Source: Nemertoderma westbladi
Taxonomy: Eukaryota > Animalia > Xenacoelomorpha
Direction of reading: 5' to 3'
NCBI GenBank assembly: GCA_032718475.1
Contig: JAUCBJ010004579.1
Span: 21,527 to 85,526 of the forward strand
DNA: 64,000 nt
The position numbers and the translations under genes are program-made. This document shows positions 1 to 10,845 of the stretch, piece by piece; positions within the stretch are counted from its first letter, which is position 1; every line of letters begins with the position of its first letter. Below the pieces are notes generated by a model that was given only the letters and a program-made list of their open reading frames with translations, had not been told where the DNA came from and did no database searches.

Positions 1-384
1 ATATTCTACTAATGTTCTACTAATTACCTACTAATGTTCTAGAACTTTCACCAATACCAAAAAAATTAAAAAAACTCTAAAAAAGGATTGGTGAAAAATG
101 GCTGGGGTGTCGACAGGGCGAAGTAGGGACCGTGTTGCTTAACCCCTTAGAGCCTATGACCTCCAGTGCATGTCACCATGGACAACACTAAGACGTGCAG
201 TGGACGTCATGCTGCAATACATGTTTTATTGGAAGGCTCTTGGTCTAGGTATACTGGTGGACAGTATTAAAGACATTTAGTGCTCTTCATGGGAAAAAAT
301 CCATTCTGTACTGTAGATAGGCTGTATTGTAGACTGTATTATCAATGTTAGGTATATGGCGTAATGCCAACCACAGTACAGTAG

Positions 385-920
385 TACAGACTGACAGTAA
401 GACCGACAGACAGACAGACTAGATTTATGTAAACGTGTAAACTGACATCAGAAATGAAATCAGCAACCCTTAAAACCCCCATAGCGGGAATGTTGGTTAG
501 TTAGTATACTTTCTTAAGTTTTGACAGACTGACTGACAGAAAGACCGACAGCCAGACAGACTAGATTTATGTAAACATGAAAACTGACATCTGAAATGAA
601 ATCAGCACCCATTAAAACCCCCATAACGAGAATGTTAGTTAGTTTGTATTCTTTTTTAAGTTTTGACAGACTAACTGACTGACAGAAAGACAGACAGACC
701 GACAAACAGACAGACTAGATTTATGTAAACCTGAAAACTGACATCAGAAATGAAATCAGCACCCCTTAAAACCCCCATAGCGAGAATGTTAGTTAATTTG
801 AATTATTTTTTATGTTTTGACAGACTGACTAACAGAATGACCGACAGACAGACAGACTAGATTTATGTAAACGTGAAAACTGACATCAGAAATGTAATCA
901 GCACCCCCATAGCGAGAATG
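385..920. repeat. ~140-150 bp tandem repeat (4 copies) with GACA microsatellite; resembles a non-autonomous Helentron/DINE-like element core
   Basis: Unit CAGACAGACTAGATTTATGTAAAC...TGACATCAGAAATGAAATCAGCACCCC...CCCCATAGCGAGAATG recurs at about 410, 555, 705 and 845. The family assignment is inference. Confidence 0.75.
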
Positions 921-951
921 TAAAGCGACAAGTTCTAATTATTAACTGTAT

Positions 952-1087
952 TTATTACCCTAGTTTTGAGTTATTTTCCCGGTTATTTTGCCCGCGGAGC
1001 AGGATACAACCCAAGGGCCGCAGGCCCGAGGGTATCCTGCTCCAAGGGCAAAATAACCGGGAAAATAACTCAAAACTAGGGTAATAA
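952..1087. repeat. 136-bp near-perfect palindrome (hairpin) at the Crypton end
   Basis: TTATTACCCTAGTTTTGAGTTATTTTCCCGGTTATTTTGCCC..GGAGCAGGATAC pairs with GTATCCTGCTCC..GGGCAAAATAACCGGGAAAATAACTCAAAACTAGGGTAATAA, with an inner GGGCC-GCA-GGCCC stem-loop. Confidence 0.95.
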
Positions 1088-1397
1088 GTGAGTTATTACC
1101 CAACCAGCAGTTATTTTCCCGCGTAACTACTCCACACCGACATGGTTAATTAACAAATCTAAGAGGGATTTGTTGGTGGGGCAGGTCATAAAAAAGGGGC
1201 TTGGTTTTTTGGGGGAAGAATAATTATCTATATTTTTAAAATAACTATCTGTTTAACGGCAATGAATATGTTTCTGTATAATATTTTAAGTAGGCCCTAT
1301 AATATTCGAAGTGTAATATAAATAATTTTAGCAATTTGTTGAACAATTTACTTCAGAGTTTCTGATACGTTGTTGGTTGTTACGAGGTGTCTACTGT

Positions 1398-3149
1398 TTA
1401 TTTTGTAAAAGTTATGTGTATGTCTCCTGCAATCACGTTATTGGTAAACAGCGATTTGAAGTCGAGTGCATTGAACCGATTCGCTTCCACCTGCACTGAA
1501 TTCAATGACTTGGTTGCAGCTGCATCAACCTCGTGATGTGCGACTTTCTCCGCTCGTACGTTATCCCCACCTGACATCACCGAGGAAAGAATGTTGCTAA
1601 TTTTCTGGTTTGAAGCATCCGAAGGACGGATATAACTAGACGTCGTGGACAGGCTTTTATGGCCAAGTTTCATCTGTGCGTAGTTCACAGGCACGTCATT
1701 GTCTACGAGTGATTGTGCTGTAGTCTTGCGGCAGCTGTTAGGCGTTATTTTACGTCCATCACTCTTTAAATCGGCGGTCTCGACAATAGATTTAAATATT
1801 ATTGCAAAGTGGTTCTTCCCTGTTGGCTGGTCGCAGAACCAAAGGGATTTGCCTGACTTTGGATTGCCTGGTTTAGGACGGACCCAATAAGGTGCTTCGG
1901 ACACTACCTTTCCATTAGGAAATCGTTTAGCAATATAGAGTTCATGCAAGGACACTGGACAGACAGACCTATCCTCCGGGTATTCCCACGCTTTATTTTT
2001 ATATTGTCGAGGTTGGGTTAGGCCATTCCGTGTCTTTGTTCTTCTTTCTGTCATTACTAAAAAGTTTCTCTTTGTCTCGGGGCAACACTTTTTGATGACG
2101 TCACCGACTTCCATGTTCCTCATTTCCAAACCTGGCCGCATCCCGAACTGGGTAAGTAGAACCATGTATAAGGTGTTTCGTAGCTGCGTTGGTGTTTCAA
2201 CACCCAGAACTCCCTTATTCTTCATTAATTTGAAATCATACCTCTGTAGGGCACTGCTGGCATTCGCAAGATTTCCCTTACCTTGTGCCTTTAGTTCACC
2301 CATTCGCGTAGCAAATATTTTTTTTGTTTTCTCAAATTCTACCTGTTTTAACACATCTCCAAATCCAGCATCCTTAAAGTGTCTGATAATTCCATAATAG
2401 TAAGTCTTCAGAGTAGTTGTTTCAAAAACGTCATCTTCACTCTTATTGTACCGCATTATAAACTCATTGAGGTAACATGCCATTTCCTTAACATTTAGGT
2501 CTTTGATATCTTTATTAACTGGTGGATTTCGTAAACGCAAGAACTTCGTGAAGGCTGAGATTGACTGCTTCGTAGACTCGACTGTATTGGGATTTTGATT
2601 TTCACGTAAGTACTCATCCTCTGCAATGATAGGTCCTAAACGACTCTTCTTACCTGTGGTCCCATCATTGACCTTTGTTGTTAAGACCTCTTCCATTGCT
2701 ACCTGTCTTATGTCGACTTCTGTAGAGACATCGAAATTGTCGGTATTGTTATCTTCGACCTTTGATACCTGACTGAGGTTATTATCTTCTTCGGCCATTG
2801 ATATCTGACTCAGCATTTCGTCAGTTGCAATATCGAAATTGTCGCTAATAACCTCTTCCATCATTGATAACTGACTCAGCATTGCGTCTGTAGCACCATC
2901 GAAACTATCGGTATTGTCCTCCTCAACCATTGTAGCCTGCGTTAAAAATTCTCCATTGTCATAACCATCCAGACAGATGGCGTCATTGTACTCAACCGCC
3001 TCTGTCTTATAAGTGTCCATCTCATTGAACAATCTGTCTATGAAATTTGTATCCATTTTGTAAACCTTATCTAAGAATTTACAATTTTTAAAAAATATTC
3101 TAGAACGAATAAAAATTTGTTCTAGAACATAATTAAAATATATATACAT
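1398..3149 (-). CDS. Crypton/DUF3504-like tyrosine recombinase (likely start at MDTNF, ~3056)
   Basis: Catalytic motifs in order: QFGMRPGLE (R), ERRTKTRNG (K), CPV..Y, TGKNH, ITPNSCRKT (HxxR with H->N), LGHKS (H), TTSSY (Y). Intronless, uninterrupted ORF; the acidic N-terminus has DxFD.ATDxMLSQ.SM.EE repeats. Confidence 0.88.
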   Translation of the reverse strand: MYIYFNYVLEQIFIRSRIFFKNCKFLDKVYKMDTNFIDRLFNEMDTYKTEAVEYNDAICLDGYDNGEFLTQATMVEEDNTDSFDGATDAMLSQLSMMEEVISDNFDIATDEMLSQISMAEEDNNLSQVSKVEDNNTDNFDVSTEVDIRQVAMEEVLTTKVNDGTTGKKSRLGPIIAEDEYLRENQNPNTVESTKQSISAFTKFLRLRNPPVNKDIKDLNVKEMACYLNEFIMRYNKSEDDVFETTTLKTYYYGIIRHFKDAGFGDVLKQVEFEKTKKIFATRMGELKAQGKGNLANASSALQRYDFKLMKNKGVLGVETPTQLRNTLYMVLLTQFGMRPGLEMRNMEVGDVIKKCCPETKRNFLVMTERRTKTRNGLTQPRQYKNKAWEYPEDRSVCPVSLHELYIAKRFPNGKVVSEAPYWVRPKPGNPKSGKSLWFCDQPTGKNHFAIIFKSIVETADLKSDGRKITPNSCRKTTAQSLVDNDVPVNYAQMKLGHKSLSTTSSYIRPSDASNQKISNILSSVMSGGDNVRAEKVAHHEVDAAATKSLNSVQVEANRFNALDFKSLFTNNVIAGDIHITFTK

Positions 3150-3535
3150 ATATATTACGAAATGTTCTAGAACATAATTAAAAAATATATATATTTCGAA
3201 ATGTTCTAGAGAACTTTACACAAACATTAAAACTAGTAAACTAGATACATTTTGGAATAAAATGAAAATGCTGACACGGGCACCGAACTCTAGCCTAAAA
3301 ACTAGCTAGTATAAAAATGCAATGCGTACACACTTTTTGACCAATTATTTGACAGTTTTTTATTTTAGTACAATTGTCAATTTACATTTCTGAATAGTAA
3401 AAAGTATTTTGACATCCGCCAATATTTTGTTTAAAAACTAGTAGCTACAGTAGAAAGCTCATTAGTAGTTAGCTCATAATTTCATCCAGAGAAATATATA
3501 GTTGAAAATTAAATATTATTTTTGTTATTTTTTTT

Positions 3536-3785
3536 ACTAGCTAATAAAGAGTCTTAGTTAACACAAAATCAAAAGTACTAGCTACCATCTTACTGTCAGA
3601 AGGTCAAATATTTGTTCTAGAATCAGAAACCTCACAATAAAAGCCCTTTTTACAAGAAAAAAGACTGTTAAATTTTTAAATTATAATTCTTTTCACTAGC
3701 TAATAAAAAGTAGTAGCTAACACAAAATCAAAATTACTAGCTACGTATCTTTCTGGCAAAATGTCAAATATTAGTTCTAGAATAA
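3536..3785. repeat. Diverged ~90-bp direct duplication in the Crypton 5' non-coding region
   Basis: ACTAGCTAATAAA...AACACAAAATCAAAA.TACTAGCTAC...GTCAAATAT..GTTCTAGAAT at about 3536-3623 and 3695-3783. Confidence 0.7.
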
Positions 3786-5662
3786 AAATGAAGACTGAAT
3801 ACACATACACATACAGTACATCCAGCACATACAGTACAATCGCAATGTTAACTGTATTGTGAATACAATACAGTAAACTGTATTGTATTATTATGGAATG
3901 TACTTGTTTATCCATAGCAACTGTTTTGAACATGCGAAAAGCGGGTTCCGGGAAAATAACCGAGTTGAAAACCCGCTTCTTACTATTAAAAAGCGGGCAA
4001 ATAACTTCTGGGTGGGTAATAACCATATTTCGTAAGATATATTTTAAAACATATATTTATTAATAACTGAATACTTAATACTGAATAACCAGATAACGGA
4101 AAGACAAACCGAATTGAAACTTTTAATTACTAATAATAATTGTGGTGAGAGGTGATTGGAAATCAAGGATTATGTATGTTATGGTAGGCACAGGCAAATG
4201 AATTGATGTCTGTTGAGATGTATTGAAGGAGCACTATTCCTTCTACAAGACTACTACAGTTATGCCCTTGTGTAATAGCCTAGGGACTAGCTTGGTCAAT
4301 GACTTTAGCTTGCCTTGTTAGTAATGTACAGTACAACTTCAAGAAATATTATTGGGCACGGCTGCCCTTGCCATGCCTTAGGCTCTATGGGGGAGAATGA
4401 ATCAGGGTATGAATTTACAATGTTAATTATGTTTAAATCAATTAAAAATACATTTATTAACGCAAATCACTTGAAAAAATAAAAAACTATAATGGAATGG
4501 GGTACATGGATTCCAGATATCTAATTTCTGTGCAAAATAACTTTAATCGTGCTAAATAATTAATTTCCATGGAGAGACCGTTCAAAATGACTCAACCATA
4601 CAATTTAGCTGAAGATATTAATTTAGATTATGGCTTCCGACATTTATGGCTTCCGACACACACACAGACTTTTGAAAAACGGCCATAGTATAATTATATC
4701 AGTTCGCTGATGACTCGCCCCACATACCTGAGTCGGAAACGCCTGTAAACTCATTATTAATCTTTTCTGTGTCGGTCATCATAAGTGGTTTGCCATATTA
4801 GTTAAAATTAGTTTCTATATAATTATTCCCTATATATTTTGTGTGATCCTGATTTGCTGAAGCCACGTAGAAATTATGAATTGCGAGTTCCATTCAGAAA
4901 TCGAAGTTTGCCTGTTACCAACAGGCATTTTATTTTTATTTTATCTGTACAGTATCATACATTCATTCATTCATAATTAACGGTTCCCTAATTCGTAGGA
5001 ATTAGAGATCCAGATATAATAAGAAGACCGTTAGGACTGTAAAAGTATTCACTATCTATGTATCTCTATGTATATCGGGTGAACTCCTCCGAAGCTATAG
5101 CTCGTCCGACAATGAAAGTTATATCAATCGACGCAGCTCAACCCCAGTCGTGGAAAAAAAAGTTTCGAAAAAAATTATCAAAGTTTTTTTTTATTTTGAA
5201 AAATAGCCCGAAAACACGAATCAATGATAGAAACACCAGCTGCTGGTGCTCATGAGGGCCCAGTAAGCTACTACTATTTATTTAATGGATAGGCCCAAAC
5301 TGCAGATGTACCAAAATATTGCCAATGTGACCAAAATATTAGTAGGCCTAAGGTGTTTACTCAGTCACTCTATCCCAGAAAATAAGCAAATATAAATTGC
5401 TAATGTATTACACCGCCAGCTTAACAGGTCTTCCCAGTGAATCCTATGGGAATATCTATAAGGTTACTCGCTGCTATGTTAGGTGGGAGGTCAGCGGATT
5501 GAATTATAAACACTGGGCCGTTCAAATGTTTTATAGGTTAATAATAATGACATGTAGAGTCTGGTATTACTTTCTCTCAGACGGTAAGCAAATGGGGCGG
5601 GGAAGGACACACTAGCCAGCTTACTGGCGTTTCTAGTTATTATATTATAAAGCCATACCCAT

Positions 5663-6123
5663 TGTATCGAGTTTGATAAAACTCATTTTATTAATGAAAG
5701 TAAAATCCAAGAAAAGTCATACTTGTCAACCATTCAGTCTATAATCAGTTATATTTAATTGTTACATCTGTACATTCAGACATTTGACCATGAATCTACC
5801 GTTTGATGATGCGATGCTGATGCTAATGTTCACAAGTATTGACACATTTACATATTAACTATAAACCGGTAACTATTGCAGTTTGCAAAAATATATATGC
5901 CTGTAGGAATTATTTCCCGTTAGCGGTAACATTATAGTGCTGCACAGTACAGCAGTTTGTAGGCTACGGTAGTGCAGTAAGTAGGCCTAAAACCAATAAC
6001 AGTTAATAACCCTACAACATCAGATACAAGATCATTATACTGCATAGCTAATAATAATAATCGGGTTTTTTAATAGTCCGCCCAGATGAAGTTTTAATCG
6101 GTCCACTATCAGACTCTGCTACA
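5663..6123 (-). repeat. BEL/Pao 3' LTR (461 bp)
   Basis: Direct repeat of 13405-13865; AATAAA near the U5 end; the pol ORF stops inside it at 6048. Confidence 0.97.
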
Positions 6124-9100
6124 TCCTCCCGGCTCGAAACTATATCAGGAGTTTCATCAATCCGTTTCTTCCTATAATTAATCCGATCACCCAAATCATC
6201 CGAATCCTTGGGAGAATCTTGTAAGCGCGTTTCATAATATCTCTCAAATAGATGGAGACGCTGAACTGGGCGCGAAAATTTGCCCTTTTTAGTTTCAACA
6301 GTCACTGTGCGAATTATACCATCTTTACTGGGATGAGTTTCTGTCACACGACCCATAGGCCAGGAATTACGTCGAGTTCTATCTTCTGAAATAAGTACAA
6401 TGTCATTGATCTTTATTGGTTCCTTCTCAAGTTGCCACTTTTGTCTTGGTTGCAACTGGTGGAGATACTCTGTCTGCCAACGTCGCCAAAAGTTATCTAA
6501 TAATCCCTGTAAATACACATATCTCTTTGTCAATGAAACTTCTTTACCACCAAGATCATGCAAAGGACGCAATGGTCTTCCAAGTTTTTTTTTTTTTTTA
6601 CTCAAAAGCCTCCATATATTATAATATTAACAAACAATAATTCGAATATAAAAACGCACCAAAATAAGTACAAATATAACCCACCACCAGCTGACTCAAA
6701 CTGTTACCTAGCAACAATACAAACAATACAAATTGGTTCAGTACCCATCACCAGTCTGCCACTCAGCCACTGCCAGTACCCAACAAACCCGCCAGACCTC
6801 TAACTTCTAAGCCGTCCCAGGGTCCGAGTCCGCGTTCGCCCACACAATGGACGCGTCCGCCACCGCTGCCCGCACCGGTCTTCTAGCGGCCGACCGAAAC
6901 CCACGGAGGCACATCAGGGACGACCGGAGTAAGGCGAAGTTGATGCGTCGCCGCACCCACGCTACCGACTCCGGGTAGGGAACCTGTTGTTTCTCCGACA
7001 GCCTCAATGCCAGCCTCAATGGTCTTCCAAGTGCTAAATGAGCAGGTGTAATAGGTAGTATGTCCTTCGTATCTGGACTATGATAGGTCAATGGCCGTGA
7101 GTTTATCATCGCTTCTACATCAGTGAGAACAGTGTACATCTCAGTATAAGTCAATAATGACTTTGACAATATCTTCCGTAGGGGTTCCTTGAGACTACGA
7201 TTAATTCTTTCCCAGTAACCTCCTCGGAAAGGACTTCGTTCCACAATAAAATTCCATGATATCTTACGCTCATTCATAAATGATGCAATAGCTTCTTTGT
7301 CTAAATGTTTCCAGATATTGTCTGAAAAATTTAGTTTGAAAACTTTGGAGGCTTTCTTAAACGTTTTCTGGTTATCAGAAGTCACTGTTTTACAAAGACC
7401 TCTACGATTTACCATTCTACGAAAGCATTGTAGAAATTCAGAAGTCTCCATATTTAAAGCTAATTCAAAGTGACACATACGGCTAGCTGCACAAGTGAAA
7501 ACACAAATGTAAGCTTTATGTGTAGAAGATCCTTCTTTGATAAGTAGTGCACCAGTAAAATCAATTCCAATATTCCAAAATGCTGGTGATATCTGTAAGC
7601 GTTCAGGTGGCAAGTTGCCCATAATTTGTTCCATTGGGACAGTCTTATGATGGTTACAAACATTGCAGAGATGAACTGCTTTTCTTATCTCATGACGTGA
7701 ATTAATAATCCAATACTTTTGTTTGAGGAGTGATAATAAAACCTCCTGTGGTGCATGTTGATTTGAAATATGCACCTGTAGTATAAGTTTTTGAACCAAA
7801 CCTTCACCTTTAGGAAGAAGAATTTGATGTTTAGCAGACAAGGGTAGATCGGAAAATTCAAGTCGCCCACCAACTACCAACAATTGTCGATCAATATCAT
7901 ATTGAGGATTCAAAGGCAACAAATGATGTTTATTAGGCAATGGTTTATTCTGCGATAATAAATTATAAGCCTCCATGAAATAGTGCTTCTGCAGAATTTT
8001 CCACCAATGCATTTCTGTGGCTTCCATCTCCTCCAGAGTAACCAAATAAGGATGTAATGATGTCAGTGTTGTCGGCTGTTTATCCAGAGCCACTTCATCA
8101 CTGTTCTCAACCCCCTGGGACAATTTCTTCCTAGCTCTAGCTAGCCAACGAAAGCATCTCACAGTAAATCGAATAAGATTACTAAACCTCCCATAATATT
8201 CAGTAATATAGTTACTAAATTGAGTAACATTTGCTGATTTGTGGTTAGATACAAGGCATATAGATTCTGATGCCTCATCATCCTGAACCAAATGTTCAGA
8301 GCTATTTATGGTAGGTGTTGACAAACCTTGAATAATTCTTTTCACATATTTATGTTGTTTAATAGGTCTCTTCTCTGGTAGTTCAATTTCAACATTCAAT
8401 GAAGATTTCGGCCAATCATCATTATTCTTAATAAGCCAGTCTGGACCTTGCCAATAAAATGCACTGTCTTTCATCTCCATTAGACTGGTACCTCTAGAGA
8501 GGAGATCTGCTGGGTTTTGATCTCCGGGCACAAATCGCCATACTTCGATAGGACTTAGGTCATGTATCTCTTGTACACGATTTTGAACGAATGTGTTCCA
8601 TGTGTAGCTCTCTTTCGCTATCCAACCCAATGCAATTTCAGAATCTGACCATAAATAATAGGAGTTTATATCGACACGTTGATGAAGAGCATCTAAAATA
8701 TACTTAACAAGACGCGCTGCCAGGACAGCACCAAGAAGTTCCAATCGTGCTAACCTGAGTCGTTTAAGTGGAGCTACTCTTGATCTCGCCATGACGAAAT
8801 GAGAAGAGGTATTGCTATCACAGAATTCAGTTCGCATATATACCACTGCTCCATACGCAACTTCTGAAGCATCAGAAAAAGCGTGTAATTGTACTATAGT
8901 TGGGTTTCCTTTATAGAAGAGTCTAGGAACCTTAATCGTTTGAAGTAGATAAAGTTCACGTTCCCATTCTCGAAATGAGTTAATTATGCCATCTGTTAAT
9001 TCGTCATCCCAACCACATTTGTTAAGCCACATATTTTGCAAAATAATCTTGCCTCGAATTACAAAAGGGCTAACAAATCCAAAAACATCATAGATCTGAG

Positions 9101-10845
9101 ATATCTTACTGAGCATCAATCTTTTTGTTCGAGAATAGGTGCTCAAATCAGTTAATCTGTCAGTGACAACCAAACTGAAAGTATCATCAGTCTCATAATT
9201 CCAACCAAGACCCAGTGCCTTAGTATTTCCTAAATCAGATTGATCAGTAAAGCTCACAAAGTTTCCTACTAAACGATCTTTCTCTGGTATAAGTGATAAT
9301 AGTTTAGCCGAATTCGAACCAAATTTTGTTAGCTCATAACCAGCCATTTTACACATATCTACTAACTCTATATATAATTGCTCAGCTTGAATCTCATTGT
9401 TGGCTCCACCTAACAGATCATCAACATAGAAACTGTCAGATGCTTCTTTTGCAGCCACTGGAAACTTAGCTATCATGTCTGGTCTTTCACAATGATGAAT
9501 TTGTATTCTTTGTGCTAAATAAGGACAAGGACTAACTCCAAAATCAACACAGTCATACAATATTTTTCAATGGGTTCATCTTTATTATTTCGCCACAAAT
9601 ACTGCTGATAACAATGCTGATCTGATACCAGTTTAGTTTGTAAAAACATCTTGCGTATATCTGCTACAAGAGCTATAGGTTTTGTCCTGAAACAAAGTAA
9701 AATTTGAGCAATATCAGGTTGCAGAATAGGCCCAGGTAGTAGACAATCATTCAGTGAGTTTCCATTCTTGTCTTTGGTGCTTGCATTATAAACTATTCTA
9801 ACTTTGGTAGAAGAGCTGCCTGGTTTATAAACTGGATGATGTGGAAGAAAGAACTGTTCACCATTCATGAATTGTTCTTCTTCTTCAGCTGAAACTTTAT
9901 GGGCAAATCCCTTTTCAACATAATCATTAATAGTCTCCCTATAAATCTGCTTCTCAACTTGAGATTTCTCCAGTGATCAAGTGATTCTAATAGTTTCTTA
10001 GCTCGATGGTAATTAGATACAAGAGTTGGTGCTTGAGGCTTGAAAGGTAGAGCAACAGAATAATGGCAGTTCTGGTCATCATAATTAAGTGAGATTTTGA
10101 ACTGCTCCTCTGCCTCTCTTTCATCTTTGGTAAGCACCTTGGAAGAATTAACAATGCCAATTGTTTCTATATCCCAAAACCGTTCCATTGAATTCAACAG
10201 TTTTTCATTAATCCTGGTTTGGGTAATATAACATGACTTTGGTCTTGGTTTAATTCGCTTATTGCTAGTATCTGGGCCACAAACAACATATCCAAAGACT
10301 GTGGCCATAGCGCAAGGAAGTTTATTGTTAGAAGGGTGACGAATAATATCGCCAGTAATAAATTGAAAGAAATAATCCATTCCAATTAAAATGTCCAGTT
10401 GTTCATAGCCATGTGGAAATTCGTCAGCAAAAAGTAGACCTTGCAGATGTGTACACTTTTCTAAATTAATAGCCAAGGGTTGAATTTCCTTACAGAAATC
10501 GGGAAATGACGCTGCCGTCATTTTAAAGTATAAACTTGAATCGGTTTTGGAACATAATCCAAACTCAACTATATCTGCATATTCAACAATAGTTGATTTA
10601 CCAAAACCTGTTACTTCCATTTCTTCAGTTGACACAATGTTCAGATCTAAAGATTGGGCAATACATTTTCGAATAAAAGAAACTTGGGAAAAACTATCAA
10701 ATCCCACACGCACTTCACAGGGAGTTCCATTATCTAATGGCATAAGCATTACCTTAGCTGTTGGAGTGATAAATTGAGTTTTAAGGTCAGCCTTAACTCC
10801 AAGTGATATAGCTTGTGTTGTTACTTTATGACTACCAGAATTCAT
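6048..10845 (-). pseudogene. BEL/Pao pol (protease, RT, RNase H, integrase), frameshifted and interrupted
   Basis: FDSFSQVSFI/DILIGMD protease; FLPHHPV..TKVRIVYNAS; ADIRKMFLQ; FYVDD; LHAFSDASEVAYGA..RLELLGA; WSDSEIAL; NPADLLSRG; IDFTG..SDN..GYWER; FWRRWQTEYL..WPMGRV. Frameshifts near 9960 and 9555; insert at 6586-7016. Confidence 0.93.
6586..7016 (-). mobile_element. 5'-truncated RLE-type (CRE-like) non-LTR retrotransposon with poly(A) tail, inserted in the BEL integrase
   Basis: 16-bp TSD CAATGGTCTTCCAAGT at 6570-6585 and 7017-7032; T14 tract at 6586-6599; GC-rich coding end WVRRRINFALLRSSLMCLRG, typical of animal CRE-like C-termini. Confidence 0.88.

Larger units (their letters stand above)
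939..4063 (-). mobile_element. Crypton-type tyrosine-recombinase DNA transposon (approximate bounds)
   Basis: YR ORF 1398-3149; terminal hairpin 952-1087; 31-bp subterminal inverted repeat 1092-1122 / 3993-4023 (28/31 match); TTATTAA direct repeat at 939-945 and 4057-4063. Confidence 0.75.

Noticed and set aside
3700-4026. 108-aa ORF upstream of the recombinase as a second Crypton gene
   Set aside because: Overlaps the terminal repeat motifs and low-complexity TACAG/CATA sequence; no recognisable domain.
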